Notes under the pieces: model-generated
Database searches by the model: none
Told to the model about the DNA's origin: nothing
The model's input: the letters and a program-made list of their open reading frames with translations, nothing else
Assembly (NCBI RefSeq): GCF_009834535.1
Contig: NC_045705.1
Coordinates: 67,208,001-67,272,000 of the forward strand
Source: Camelus ferus
Lineage: Eukaryota
Direction of reading: 5' to 3'
Length of the DNA stretch: 64,000 nucleotides
In this document: in pieces, positions 25,523 through 36,150 of the stretch
Layout: each line of letters starts with the position of its first letter
Position numbering within the stretch: the stretch's first letter is position 1
Program-made: the position numbers and the translations under genes

Positions 25523-28500
25523 ATGGCCCAGGCCTTGGGGGAGGACCTGGTGCAGTCTTGTGAGCTGCAGGATGACTCCAGCTCTTTGGGATCTGACTCA
25601 GAGCTGAGTGGGCCTGGCCCATATCGCCAGGCTGACCGCTATGGCTTCATTGGGGGCAGCTCAGCAGAACCAGGGTAAGTGGGGAAGGGATGGGGTGGGG
25701 TGGGATGCTGGGAAAGAGGGTGGGGGCTGAGGGCTGAATTCTAGAGTGAAGCCCAAACTCGAGGGTCTTGGGAGGGTCTGGGGACTCAGCTGGTGTCACC
25801 CCTCCTCAGGTTCCAGGTAGAATCCTAAGTCTGGCAGGGCTGCAGTTTCCTATATGCCTATTTTACTTCCAATCTCTGAGGGTTTGCACCCCCCTTGGGG
25901 CTAACATTCTTCCCCTTTTAATCTCTGGCCCAGGAATCCCAGCTCCAAATTAAAGAACCTACACCCTTTCCCCTAACAACCCTCCCCCTTCCCAGCATAC
26001 AGACAAGAAAACAAGTCCAAAGACAGATAGGAAGGTCACACAGCAAAACAGAGACAAAATCAGATGCAAACTCATGACTCCTGGCTTCTAGTCCAGGGCT
26101 CTGTCTACCCAACTTCCCCTGTGAGTTGACTGTGTCCCCATCCTGGGGGACAGCCAACCAGCCCCTCCCCCAACACACACCTACACACCCCTTTCAGTCT
26201 TTCCTGCTTCTGCCCACATCAGAGCCACATCCTTTCCTGTCCCCATGACAACCACTGGAAACTCCTGGGTGACAGGTCACTGCCCACCCCCAGCCCCCCA
26301 GGGCTTGCCAGAGATCTCCAGGGCCAGGAGGTGGGCTCACCTGGGTAACATTAAGAGTGGCAGATACGGGCTCTAGGTAATAGCTGCCCAGCGTCTGGAT
26401 GCCTGTGCCATGTCCCCCCAGGCCAGGTCACCCTCCTGCAGACCTTATCCGCCAGCGAGAGATGAAGTGGGTGGAGATGACCTCACACTGGGAGAAAACC
26501 ATGTCTCGGCGGTACAAAAAGGTGAGGAGAAGAGGGGTCCCGCCCAGGCCTCCTTGGCTCATCCGCATTTGCCTCGGCCATGCCCTGGCAAAATTTCCCC
26601 TCCGTGTCCCAGCACCTCACGCCTTTCTCCTTCCTACCCAAAATGGCTCTTGTCCAATGACGGGTTGTGCTTGGGGCCTGCCAGGGGGAGCTGGGGAAGC
26701 TGGCGTGGCTGGCCTAACAGGGTCCCTTGGCCTCACCCACAGGTAAAGATGCAGTGCCGGAAAGGCATCCCCTCGGCCCTGCGGGCTCGGTGCTGGCCCC
26801 TGTTGTGCGGGGCCCACGTGTGTCAGAAGAACAACCCTGGCACTTATCAGGTGAGGGAACTGGCAGGAGTCCCACCTCCCCTTCCCAGGCCCTTCCCCTG
26901 AGCCTTCACATCCACCCTCATGCCCACCCACAGGAACTTGCTGAGGCCCCTGGAGACCCACAGTGGATGGAAACCATTGGCAGGGACCTGCATCGCCAAT
27001 TCCCTCTGCATGAGATGTTTGTGTCACCCCAGGGTCACGGGTACGAGGCCAGTGATGCTCAGGGACCCCCAGCCCCACAGCCCCCAGGCTCTTTGGCCTA
27101 GTCCCTCACCTTGACTTTCTATCCTTGCATCTCAGAGGACCCAGCAAGGCCCTGGGGTGGAGTGTGGGGACTGAGGCCTGCACAGGGGTCGCCAGAGGGT
27201 GGGGAAGGGATGCCTGGAGGACTGGCCCCTAAAGGGGTCTTCTGGCACAGGCAGCAGGGGCTCCTGCAGGTACTCAAAGCCTACACCCTGTACCGGCCCG
27301 AACAGGGCTACTGCCAGGCCCAGGGCCCCGTGGCTGCCGTGCTGCTCATGCATCTGCCCCCAGAGGTGAGTGCCCTCAGCCCTGCCAGAGCAACCCAAGA
27401 CTCGGACTCCCCACCCCCAGGAACTCTGGCCTCAGAGACCTGTGATCTCTGACTCTCAGGTCCTGTCCTAGTGACCCAGAGCCTCATGACCCCCAACCTC
27501 AGTGACCTTCAAGCCCAATGGCCTTGGCTCCAGGAACATGGAACTCTGATCCCTGACCCTTTCCCCAGTGATCTAGGAATCTAGACATTGTCACCTTGAT
27601 CTCATGACTCCTGATTCTGAACCCTGTGACTATGATCCCTGACCCCAGTGACCCCAAGAACCCAGGACTTGAACTTTGGGATCCTCCTGACCCTTGACCA
27701 GTGAGCACCAACCCTGTGACCCTCAAATTCAGCACCCTGAGCCCTGTGACTTCTAACCCCCCAAATCCCTTGGTAGGCCTTTGTCTGGGCAAGGGGAAGC
27801 TTTTGGTAAGAACTTCTCCTAACCCACCCCAGCACTGAGTCCAGGCTCCGGCTCCAGGGTCACTCCAGACACCACTGGGTCCAGGCCCTCCCCTTTGCCC
27901 CTTTCCTCTGCCCTGTGGTCCCCTCTGTGGTCTCCTCCACGGTGGGTACTCAAGACCTGTGCCCACCCCCAGGAGGCCTTTTGGTGCCTGGTACAGATCT
28001 GCGAGGTTTATCTCCCTGGCTACTACGGGCCCCACATGGTGAGAGGCTGGGACAGGGCCAGAGGGAGGTCTGGGTGGGCGAGTGGGGGCCTGGGGAAAAG
28101 GGTGGGGCAGAGCCAGGGGTTTGGGAATGGAGTGGAGGTGCTGACGGACGTGGCTGCAGGAGGCTGTGCGGCTGGACGCCGAGGTGTTCATGGCCCTGCT
28201 GCGGCGGCTGCTCCCGCGCGTGCACAAGCACCTGCAGCAGGTGGGCGTCGGGCCCCTGCTCTACCTGCCCGAGTGGTTCCTGTGCCTCTTCGCCCGCTCC
28301 CTGCCCTTCCCCACGGTGCTGCGTGTCTGGGACGCTTTCCTTAGCGAGGGTGAGTGGGTGGCCGGCCAGGTGGGTGGGGACTGGTGGGGGGACTGGGGCC
28401 TGGAGCCTCGGGTGCCTGGTGGGCCCAGGGAACGAGCGTGCCCACTCTGCTCTGCCCCGCCGCCACTGCCGATCCTGGCCCTTGGTATGGGTGCCGGGGT

Positions 28501-30649
28501 GTGCTGAGGCCACATCCCACCCATGTAATGAATGCTAGCCCTCTCAGCAATGAGCCCACCATAGAGAGGGCGGCATCTACTTGGTGGAAGGCTGGAGTCA
28601 GGGAGGCTTCCATGAGGAGACAGGGCAGGAGCTGGGGAGATCACAGCAGTAGGACAGCTCAGGGACTGGGCACGGTCGGGGCATGGCTGATGGAGCTCAC
28701 AGGCACTGGGTGAGCATTCACAGAGCCCAGTCGCTTCTCTGGAAGCCAGGGCCACTTGAGTGAGCGAGACCTACATTCTGGTGGGGGTGGGGATGGGAGG
28801 CAACAGTAACCAAATTAACAAGATATTTATAGATCGTCATAAGTTCCACGAAGAAAATAAAACAAAGGGTGTGCCAGAGTGTAGGGGAGCAGCAGGAGGC
28901 GAGTGCTGTTTAAAGATGCTTGTGGCTGCACTGTGGAAGAGGCAAACTGGCAGGGACGTTGTGGAGGCTGAGAGGCCGGGAAGGACACTGTCCACAGGGT
29001 CCAGGATACAGATGACTTGAGGGGTCCAGACATGGAGAGAGGGTGGCCAAGAGTGGGAGGAGTTGGGGCAGAGCTGAGCTGGACTCTTTCGGGTTTTGGG
29101 GCTCTGCCTTGATACCCCCATCAGTAACCCGCCTGCATTCTTTTCTATGTGGGTTGTCAGGCGGTTGCACCTAAAAAGTGGTAGAAATCGATCAATACCG
29201 TTGTTGAGCACCTGCTGTATGCCCAGTTGGCTTCAGGCTAGCTTAGAGCTCTGGCCATGGGTGTCCAAGTCACCATCTACGCGTCCTCCCCTGCAGACTC
29301 AGACCCGGAGGGTGGGGCAGGGCCCATCAGGCTGGTGAACTACCCTTGTTCTCTGCTGCAGGCTCCCTTTCATAACAGTGAGAACGTTAGTAGTCATTGT
29401 TATCTCTTTAAAGTCACTAGGCCTCACTGGTCCCCTGACTGCTTTTCTCAGCAGACCCAAAGCTGCCAGGAAGGGATTCTGAGGCTCCAGGAACAGGCCC
29501 AAGGTCACACCATGTGCGTGCATGTGTGTGCACACGTGTGCACTGTGCTCTTGGCTTAGGGGTAAGGAGCTCTGGCTAGAACCTCTCTGGAATCAAGTCA
29601 CAGATCTCAGCTGGAAAGGTCTTTGTGTCACCACCCAGCCCTTCCCTGTAGTGATGAGGTGCTGAACCCCAGAATGAAAAGGCTTGGTGCAAGCCTGTCA
29701 GTAGCCCCTGGCTCCTGGCGGGCTGCTTTGGTCAGAAGTGTCTGTGGTTGCTGAGACATACTTGATCTGGGTCTCGGCAGCAGAGCTGTAGGAGCAGGGA
29801 AGGAGTCTGGCTGAGGGTAGGTTCAGATGCAGACCAAGGAAGGGCAGGACTGGCCCCCACTGAATGAGCCCCTGGCCTGCAGGTGTGAAGGTGCTGTTCC
29901 GGGTGGGGCTGACGCTGGTGCGCCTGGCGCTGGGCACTACTGAACAGCGCCTGGCCTGCTCAGGACTCCTGGAGACACTTGGCGCCCTTCGAGCCATACC
30001 GCCCACCCAGCTACAGGAGGAGGTCTTCATGCCCCAGGTTGGTGCCCCCTGCCTGTCCTTCTGCAGTGGCCCAACCACTGCTGCACAGTTGGGGAAACTG
30101 AGTCCCAGAGCAGGAAGTCAGAGTAAGAACTGGGACTCGCTTTCTGTCCTCAGGCCTCAAGTGGCTTTCTGTGACTCCCTTAGCAAGTCTTTCAGCCCCT
30201 CAGCCACTTCCTGGGGCTGTGTACTGCCCGCCCCCCGGAGACCTCATCGTTTCCTGCCCTCCCCTAGGCCAGGTAGGCTCAGTACCGACTGCTTCCCACA
30301 GGTGCACAGCGTGGCCCTGTCCGAACATGACCTGCAACGGGAGATCAAGGCCCAGCTAGCCCAGCTGCCTGCGACGGCATCCGGGCCACCCCCGAGGCCG
30401 CAGGCCCGCCTGCCTGGGGCCCAAGCCATCTTTGAGGCCCAGCAGCTGGCAGTAACTCGGGGAGGCACTAGGCCCGAGGTGCCCCGCATCGTGGTGCAGC
30501 CCCCGGAAGAGCCCAGGCCGCCTCGGCGCAAGCCCCAGACCCGAGGAAAGACTTTCCACGGGCTGCTGACTCGGCCCAGGGGCCCCCCTATTGAGAGCCC
30601 CTCAAGGTCCCATCGAGGCTCGACCTCCTTCCTGGACACCCGATTCTGA
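25523..30649 (+). CDS. TBC1D10C: TBC1 domain family member 10C (carabin), 9 coding exons, 446 aa
   Basis: Exons 25523-25674, 26422-26521, 26743-26850, 26934-27040, 27251-27365, 27973-28038, 28160-28349, 29883-30037, 30302-30649; 1341 nt. [11 protein letters not shown]...[10 protein letters not shown]...YCQAQ (TBC catalytic motifs)...SFLDTRF*. Confidence 0.96.
28690..28980 (-). mobile_element. LINE-2 fragment in TBC1D10C intron
   Basis: L2-like antisense text (acctacattctggtggggg...aagatattt...gaagaaaataaaacaaaggg); boundaries approximate. Confidence 0.5.
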
Positions 30650-30950
30650 AGGTACCACGGACTCAGTGTCCCCCAACCCAATTGCCAAAATGGATGATGC
30701 CAGCCCTGAAGTGGGCACCGCACTTTACAGCTGGGATTTGATGCCTCAGCTCCCTTCTCAGGGACTCTGTCAGGCACGAGGATGAAGGAAGGTCACAGAG
30801 TGAGGTTTCAGGGACCCTGGCCCACCGTCTGCCCACAGAGCTGTCCAGATGCCTGAGCCTTTGCAAGCAAAAAGCTGGTGCTTGAAGGAGCGTGGGGGTA
30901 AGGGCGTGGGCTGGGCGAGGGGACCCTGAAAGGCCCCTGGGGAGGCCTGG

Positions 30951-30956
30951 AATAAA
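30951..30956 (+). terminator. TBC1D10C polyadenylation signal AATAAA
   Basis: First AATAAA, about 300 nt after the stop codon. Confidence 0.75.
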
Positions 30957-33374
30957 GTCTGAGTGGAAGCCTGTATGGAGTTGGATCGAATGCCCCCTAT
31001 CCCCACCCCTAGACCAGCTGCTACTTCCCCTCCAGCCCTCATTCCCCTCACAGCCCACCTCTCCTAGTCCATCCCTCGCACCCAAGGGCACAATGAGGCT
31101 GCCCATTGGCTGCTGGAAGGTGTTTACCATCGGCAGGAACCAATAGGAAGCGCCTTGCCCTGCCTCTTGGGGGCAGATAAGGCTCCTGTACCTGTGGGAG
31201 GAGGGCTCCCCAAGTGGTTGCTGGGCCTAGAAGTGGGGCTCTATTCCCTATTTTGCTTACTCCTCTGCTGGTTCAAGACCCCTACCCATAGTCCTGGGCT
31301 GGTCCTCAGAGAGCCAGGCGAGAACAAAGGCCTAGTGTGCCTGGACAAAGGAGAAAGGGCCCGCCCGCCTTTGCCCCCGCCCTAAGCCCAGGCCACACCC
31401 CTCGAGACTGCCACCATGGAAACCCCCTCCCACACTCGCTAATTGCCCCCGGGGGTGCCTTGGGTGCCTGGGACAGGAGCCATTGCCAGGACAACGGGGC
31501 TGGTTCCGATGCAGGCTTGTGTCCCTGCAGGGCTCATTCCTCCCTGCCTCCTTGGGTGCCCTCCCTAGAAGGATGGAGGGTTGGCGGCATGGCAGGACTC
31601 GGGAGTACACGGAGAAAGTGTCTGCAGTCTGTTTAAATGGCAGAGGGCTTGATCTGACTGTCTCAGTGGCTGTATGAGAGCACTGACACCTGTCAGACCC
31701 CTGATTCAGGATGGTCTAGTGACAGGACCAAAGGCTCCAGAGATACACTCCCTCTACATACAGTCTTGTGGCCTTGACTGTGTGACTGGCCAGGCCCTGG
31801 CTCTGGGGCAGACCATCCCACTCCCAAGGAGCTTATGGCCTGGAGGAGGGACTCACGGAAGCGCACAGCCAGACTGAAGTTTGCCTGGGGGAAACAGGCT
31901 CAGGAGGGGACGCAACTTGGCCAAAGCCTTGCTGCCCATGGCAGACCTAAGGTTTACCCCCACCCCACATCAACAGCCATCAACCTGGCATCCACCTCCG
32001 TCTGTCCTCCTGGGGGTGCTCTCTGTCCTGCTCCCACCCACTCCCCAAGTCTTGCCCCACTCTGAGTGTCCTGTGAGTTGAAGAGAACTTCCTGAGCCCT
32101 CCCACCCTCCTCCCCACGCCACTAGGGTAACTTGCAGCTTAATAATAGCACACTCTCCTGGAACCCTTCCTCAGACCCCCTCCTCACTTCACCCCAGACA
32201 CCCTCTCTCTGCAGGTGGCATCGATGGCCTCATGAGAGAAAGGGGCAAGTGGCCAGGTTGAGCACACAGCCTGGGAACACAGTGAAGGCACAGCCCGCCA
32301 GCCCATGCCTGTGGCTGAGAGAGGGTGTTTAATGGAATCTCAGGTGTTGTAGCAGGAAGGATGCGGGAAACTTCAGGGAGTCCACCCGTGAACTCTCAGC
32401 TCTTCTGCTGGGAGGCTGGGGAGCAGGAAAGCAGCAGCCTTGGCCCTGGGGCCAAGAATCCATCCTGAGTCTGGAGAGGGGCCATGGTAGCAGCGGTTTC
32501 CCCTGGATATAGACCCTAGGGGCAGGTTATCTCCAGCAGGACCCCTCCAGCTAGGGTTGAATCACTGCCTTGTCTATCAGGGAAGCATTTCCTGGGTAGT
32601 CCTTCTGCAGGTTCTGTTATCAATCATCTCCCTGGGGAGCCCGAGCCCTAGGGCTCCAGAGGAGGATCAGCTCCTTCCTTGTGCAAACTTTTTAACTCTC
32701 TCTGTTCCCACAGACAGGGCTGAGCTAGCCCCTAAGGCACCTGTGCACTAGTTGGGAAAAGATGCCCCCCTCCAGCCATATGCATAGCAGAAGGGACATG
32801 ACATGACCACTCAGCTGGGTACCTTTGTGCAGTGAGCAACCTGCACAACCATACTCAGTGAACCTAGCAGCCCCAGCTCCCCACAAACCTGCCTGAAAAG
32901 GGGCTCAGAGAAGGCAAGGCATGAACCTGAGAGTAATCAGCCTACAGGGACCAAAGCTGGGATGGCACCCTGCGATGTCCATCGGCCTGGCTCAGCTTAG
33001 GGGATAGGTGTAGGGGGAAAGCAAAGAAGTGGAAGGGTAAATGGACCCCCCTTGGTTTGGAGGGCATGGTCTGCATCCTGACAGCCACTCACCCCCAACA
33101 CTAGCCAGAGGCTAGGCTTGGACTCCCTGTAAAGTCTCTGAATGGGAAAGGGTCTCTCACTCTGAACCTCAATCTTCTCCTACAGATAATAGGATAATAG
33201 TAGTTCCTACCCTGGCCCCAAGAGCGCTCTACCAGTCTCATTATTACGATAATTATTGTTCATTTGAGCTGGGCAGCTGGTGTCATCACAGCCAGTGCCC
33301 AGCCAGGGCGGTCTGGGAGTGAGCACAGAACAACGCTGCTCTCCATGCACGTACGCACACAAAGACCCCAACCC

Positions 33375-33545
33375 TGCCTCTCATCAGCTGTGTGGCCTTG
33401 AGCAAATCACATCACCTCTCTGAGCCTTGATTTCCTCATTTGTAAAAGGTAGAGACTCATAACTGTTACCTCACAGGGGTAAGTGTATCTCACTGAAGCC
33501 CTCTGCAGGTACCAGGGACAAGTCAAGAAATGCTTGCTGACATGG
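33375..33545 (+). mobile_element. MIR SINE relic
   Basis: gctgtgtggccttgagcaaatcacatcacctctctgagccttgatttcctcatttgtaaaag. Confidence 0.7.
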
Positions 33546-33663
33546 CTACCAAGTGCTTACTTTCTTCCAGGCACACCCTGCCCATCCAAGCCTGAGCTAA
33601 AGTATGCATTATAACCCCCATTTGAGGATGAGAAAACTGAGTCCATAGATGCTGCATTGCTTG

Positions 33664-34033
33664 GGTTAAAAACAAGACAACAGGCCCAAAATGGAGTCAC
33701 TTATGCTAAGCCCCACATCACCAAACCAAGACTTAATTACAATTTCAGATCTCCTGGGAATAGTATCTTGAACCAGTCAATCAGGAATGGCCTGACCAGC
33801 ACTAGTGGGATCATCTGCCATCCCCTAAAGAAAAGCGACCTTGCAGTAACCAACCCTCTTTTTCACATAAGTCCTTTGTGTCTGCTCCATTCTGGCTATA
33901 AAAGTCTTTCATTTTGCACAGCTCCTTGGAGCTCCTTTCTAGCTGCTGGATTGGATGCTGCCCAATTCATAACTCATTGAATAAACCCAATAAGATCTTT
34001 AAAATCTACTCAGTTGAATTTTGGTTTTTAACA
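33664..34033 (+). mobile_element. Solo endogenous-retrovirus LTR (370 bp, ERV1-like)
   Basis: Terminal inverted repeats ggttaaaaac...gtttttaaca, 4-bp target-site duplication cttg (33660-33663 and 34034-34037), TATAAAA 33897-33903, AATAAA 33980-33985. Confidence 0.8.
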
Positions 34034-35439
34034 CTTGTTAAGTGTCAAAACTCATGCTCTTTCACGACATCCATGCCCCAACCCTGCGCCCTCCTGTGGG
34101 ATGGCCCTGGAGCTCAGGTTACCCAAGCAATTATGCAATGAATCTTCTAGGGTGGATTTGCCTCATTCCAGGAGCCTGGGCTGGCCACAGGGAGGGGGGT
34201 CACGTGGATCTGGAGCTGGGGAGCCCAGAGCAGCCCTGGAAAGCTGTGTGGGGAATGCGGGCTGGGCTGGGGGGCCCTGAATAATTCACTTCTCCCCTCT
34301 GAGTAACTTCACTGGTAGACAGGAGTGGTTCCTCACAGGCTGCTCTGTATACAGTTTTTGAAAAGGCCCAAAGCAGCCACCTTTGCCTGCACAAGTGCTG
34401 TGGGGCTATCAGTACCCTCCCCCAGCCCAGGAGGCTCTGGGAAATGGCCAAGGGGTCTCTGGAAAGAAAGCCTGAGTTTGTGGGGATGAGGTAGAAGAAT
34501 TCTAACAATAGCCTAAATGTGCTGGGTGCAGGATGTTGTGATAATCCTCAACACAGTCAAGATGATAAGTAGCCCCATCTTAGGCAGGAGGAAAGTGAGG
34601 TTCAGACCAGTAAGGAGAGGTGCCCAGGTCCCAAACCTGGAGCTCGGATTGGAACCTCCCTAGTGGGACATACTTGAGGAGAGGATGTGAGTCTCTGGGT
34701 GTGTTTCTTGGGGTGAATTTGTGGTTGTGAGCCAGACCTCTTGAGGTCTGCATATTTGAGTGGGTGCACCTGGGGATAAGGATGTATGTCTTGGAGAGAT
34801 TGTGGGTGTAACTGTGGGTGTCCAGCTGACCTGGGTGTTGATGGGCAGGGCAGATACTGCAGACACCCCACTTCTTTTCCCACTGGAACTCCCAGCCTGA
34901 CCACCCCCTTCCCTCTTGGCTCCCTGCAGGGCAGGGGGTATTTCAAGGAACTGGGACTGCTCTTGGGGGGGTGTCTTACCCAGTGGTCACTACTCTTGTA
35001 GGGGCCAGAAGAGGTGAGGAGGGGACCACCCACAGACCTACAGGTTTGCCTGCCCAAGGTGCCTTTCTGGGAGAGCTCCCCGCCATAGGGCAAAGGGCTA
35101 GTGGGCGGACAGCCGCTGCAGTGTGTGCTGGGGAGCTCAGGACTCCATCCAAGGGCAGAGCTCCAGACTGTGCCCCAGCCACTCTCCTGGCCACCCCACC
35201 CCCAATGGCAAGCCCGGGTACCAGTCTCTGCCGGCTCCAGCTCTCCCCTCCCCCCTCTTCCATCTCTTTTCCATTATGGGTCTCTCTTTCCCCTACCCTC
35301 TGTCCTGTCTTGTCTTTCCCACGGCCCTAGGTCTGTGACCTTCTCTGAGGATCTCTGGTCTTCTGTTTGACTTCGTGTGTCTCTAAAGGTCCCCTGTCTC
35401 TCTCTCCCTGGCCCCTACGGCGCCCTACCTCTGGCCGTG

Positions 35440-35699
35440 TCGGGCCGCCAGCCCCAGGACCCCAGGTTCGGGATGAGTGGCGGAGGTTTTGGCGGGAGGG
35501 GCGGGGCAGGTCCCCTGGCGGACAGGCAGTGGCCCCTCCGCCCCGCGCCGCCCCCGCCCGGCACTGGGCATGCCCCGGGCGCTTCTATATAAAGCGGCGC
35601 CGCCTCGACCCGGCGCTGTGCCGCCGCCACCGTGTTCCGCCGGGTCCGCGCCGCGCGCCGAGCCCCACCGAGCCCCGCCAAGCCGCTGCCGCCCGCCAG
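35440..35699 (+). promoter_or_regulatory. CARNS1 CpG-island promoter with TATA box and non-coding exon 1
   Basis: GC boxes, TATATAAA 35586-35593, donor CAG|gtaccc at 35700. Confidence 0.7.
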
Positions 35700-36150
35700 G
35701 TACCCCGGCTGCTGCCTGCGCCCCGGGGAGAGCCAGGGAGGGGACTGCGGGGCAGGGGCCGCCGGGACAGGGACTTTAAGCGCCCGCGCCCCTCAGCGGG
35801 ACCCGCGACACTACCTGCAATGCCCACCCCACCACGCGCACACACAGGCGGGGACCCAGCGCGCCCCCCTCTGGAAGGGCTGAGTGCCAGGACCCTCAGC
35901 ACTGCCCAGCGCAACTTAGGATGTGTGAGATCGGGGTGTGGGTCCCATGGGGTCTGGGCTTCCGAAAACCTCTGCTTCCTTGGGGTGGGGGTGGGGTAGC
36001 CTTGGACACCTCCTGTCTGGGACAGGAGAGAAGCACTGTCGCGGCCACCTCTCAGCTCCCAACGTCTTAGGGGCAGGGTGCTGAGGTAGAGACCCTGCTG
36101 CCCTGACTCCATCTTTTGTCTCTCTTCCTCTCAGCCTCTCCACCTGTAAG

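Noticed and set aside
34660-34850. TG-rich degenerate repeat upstream of CARNS1
   Set aside because: No consistent period or family could be established by eye.
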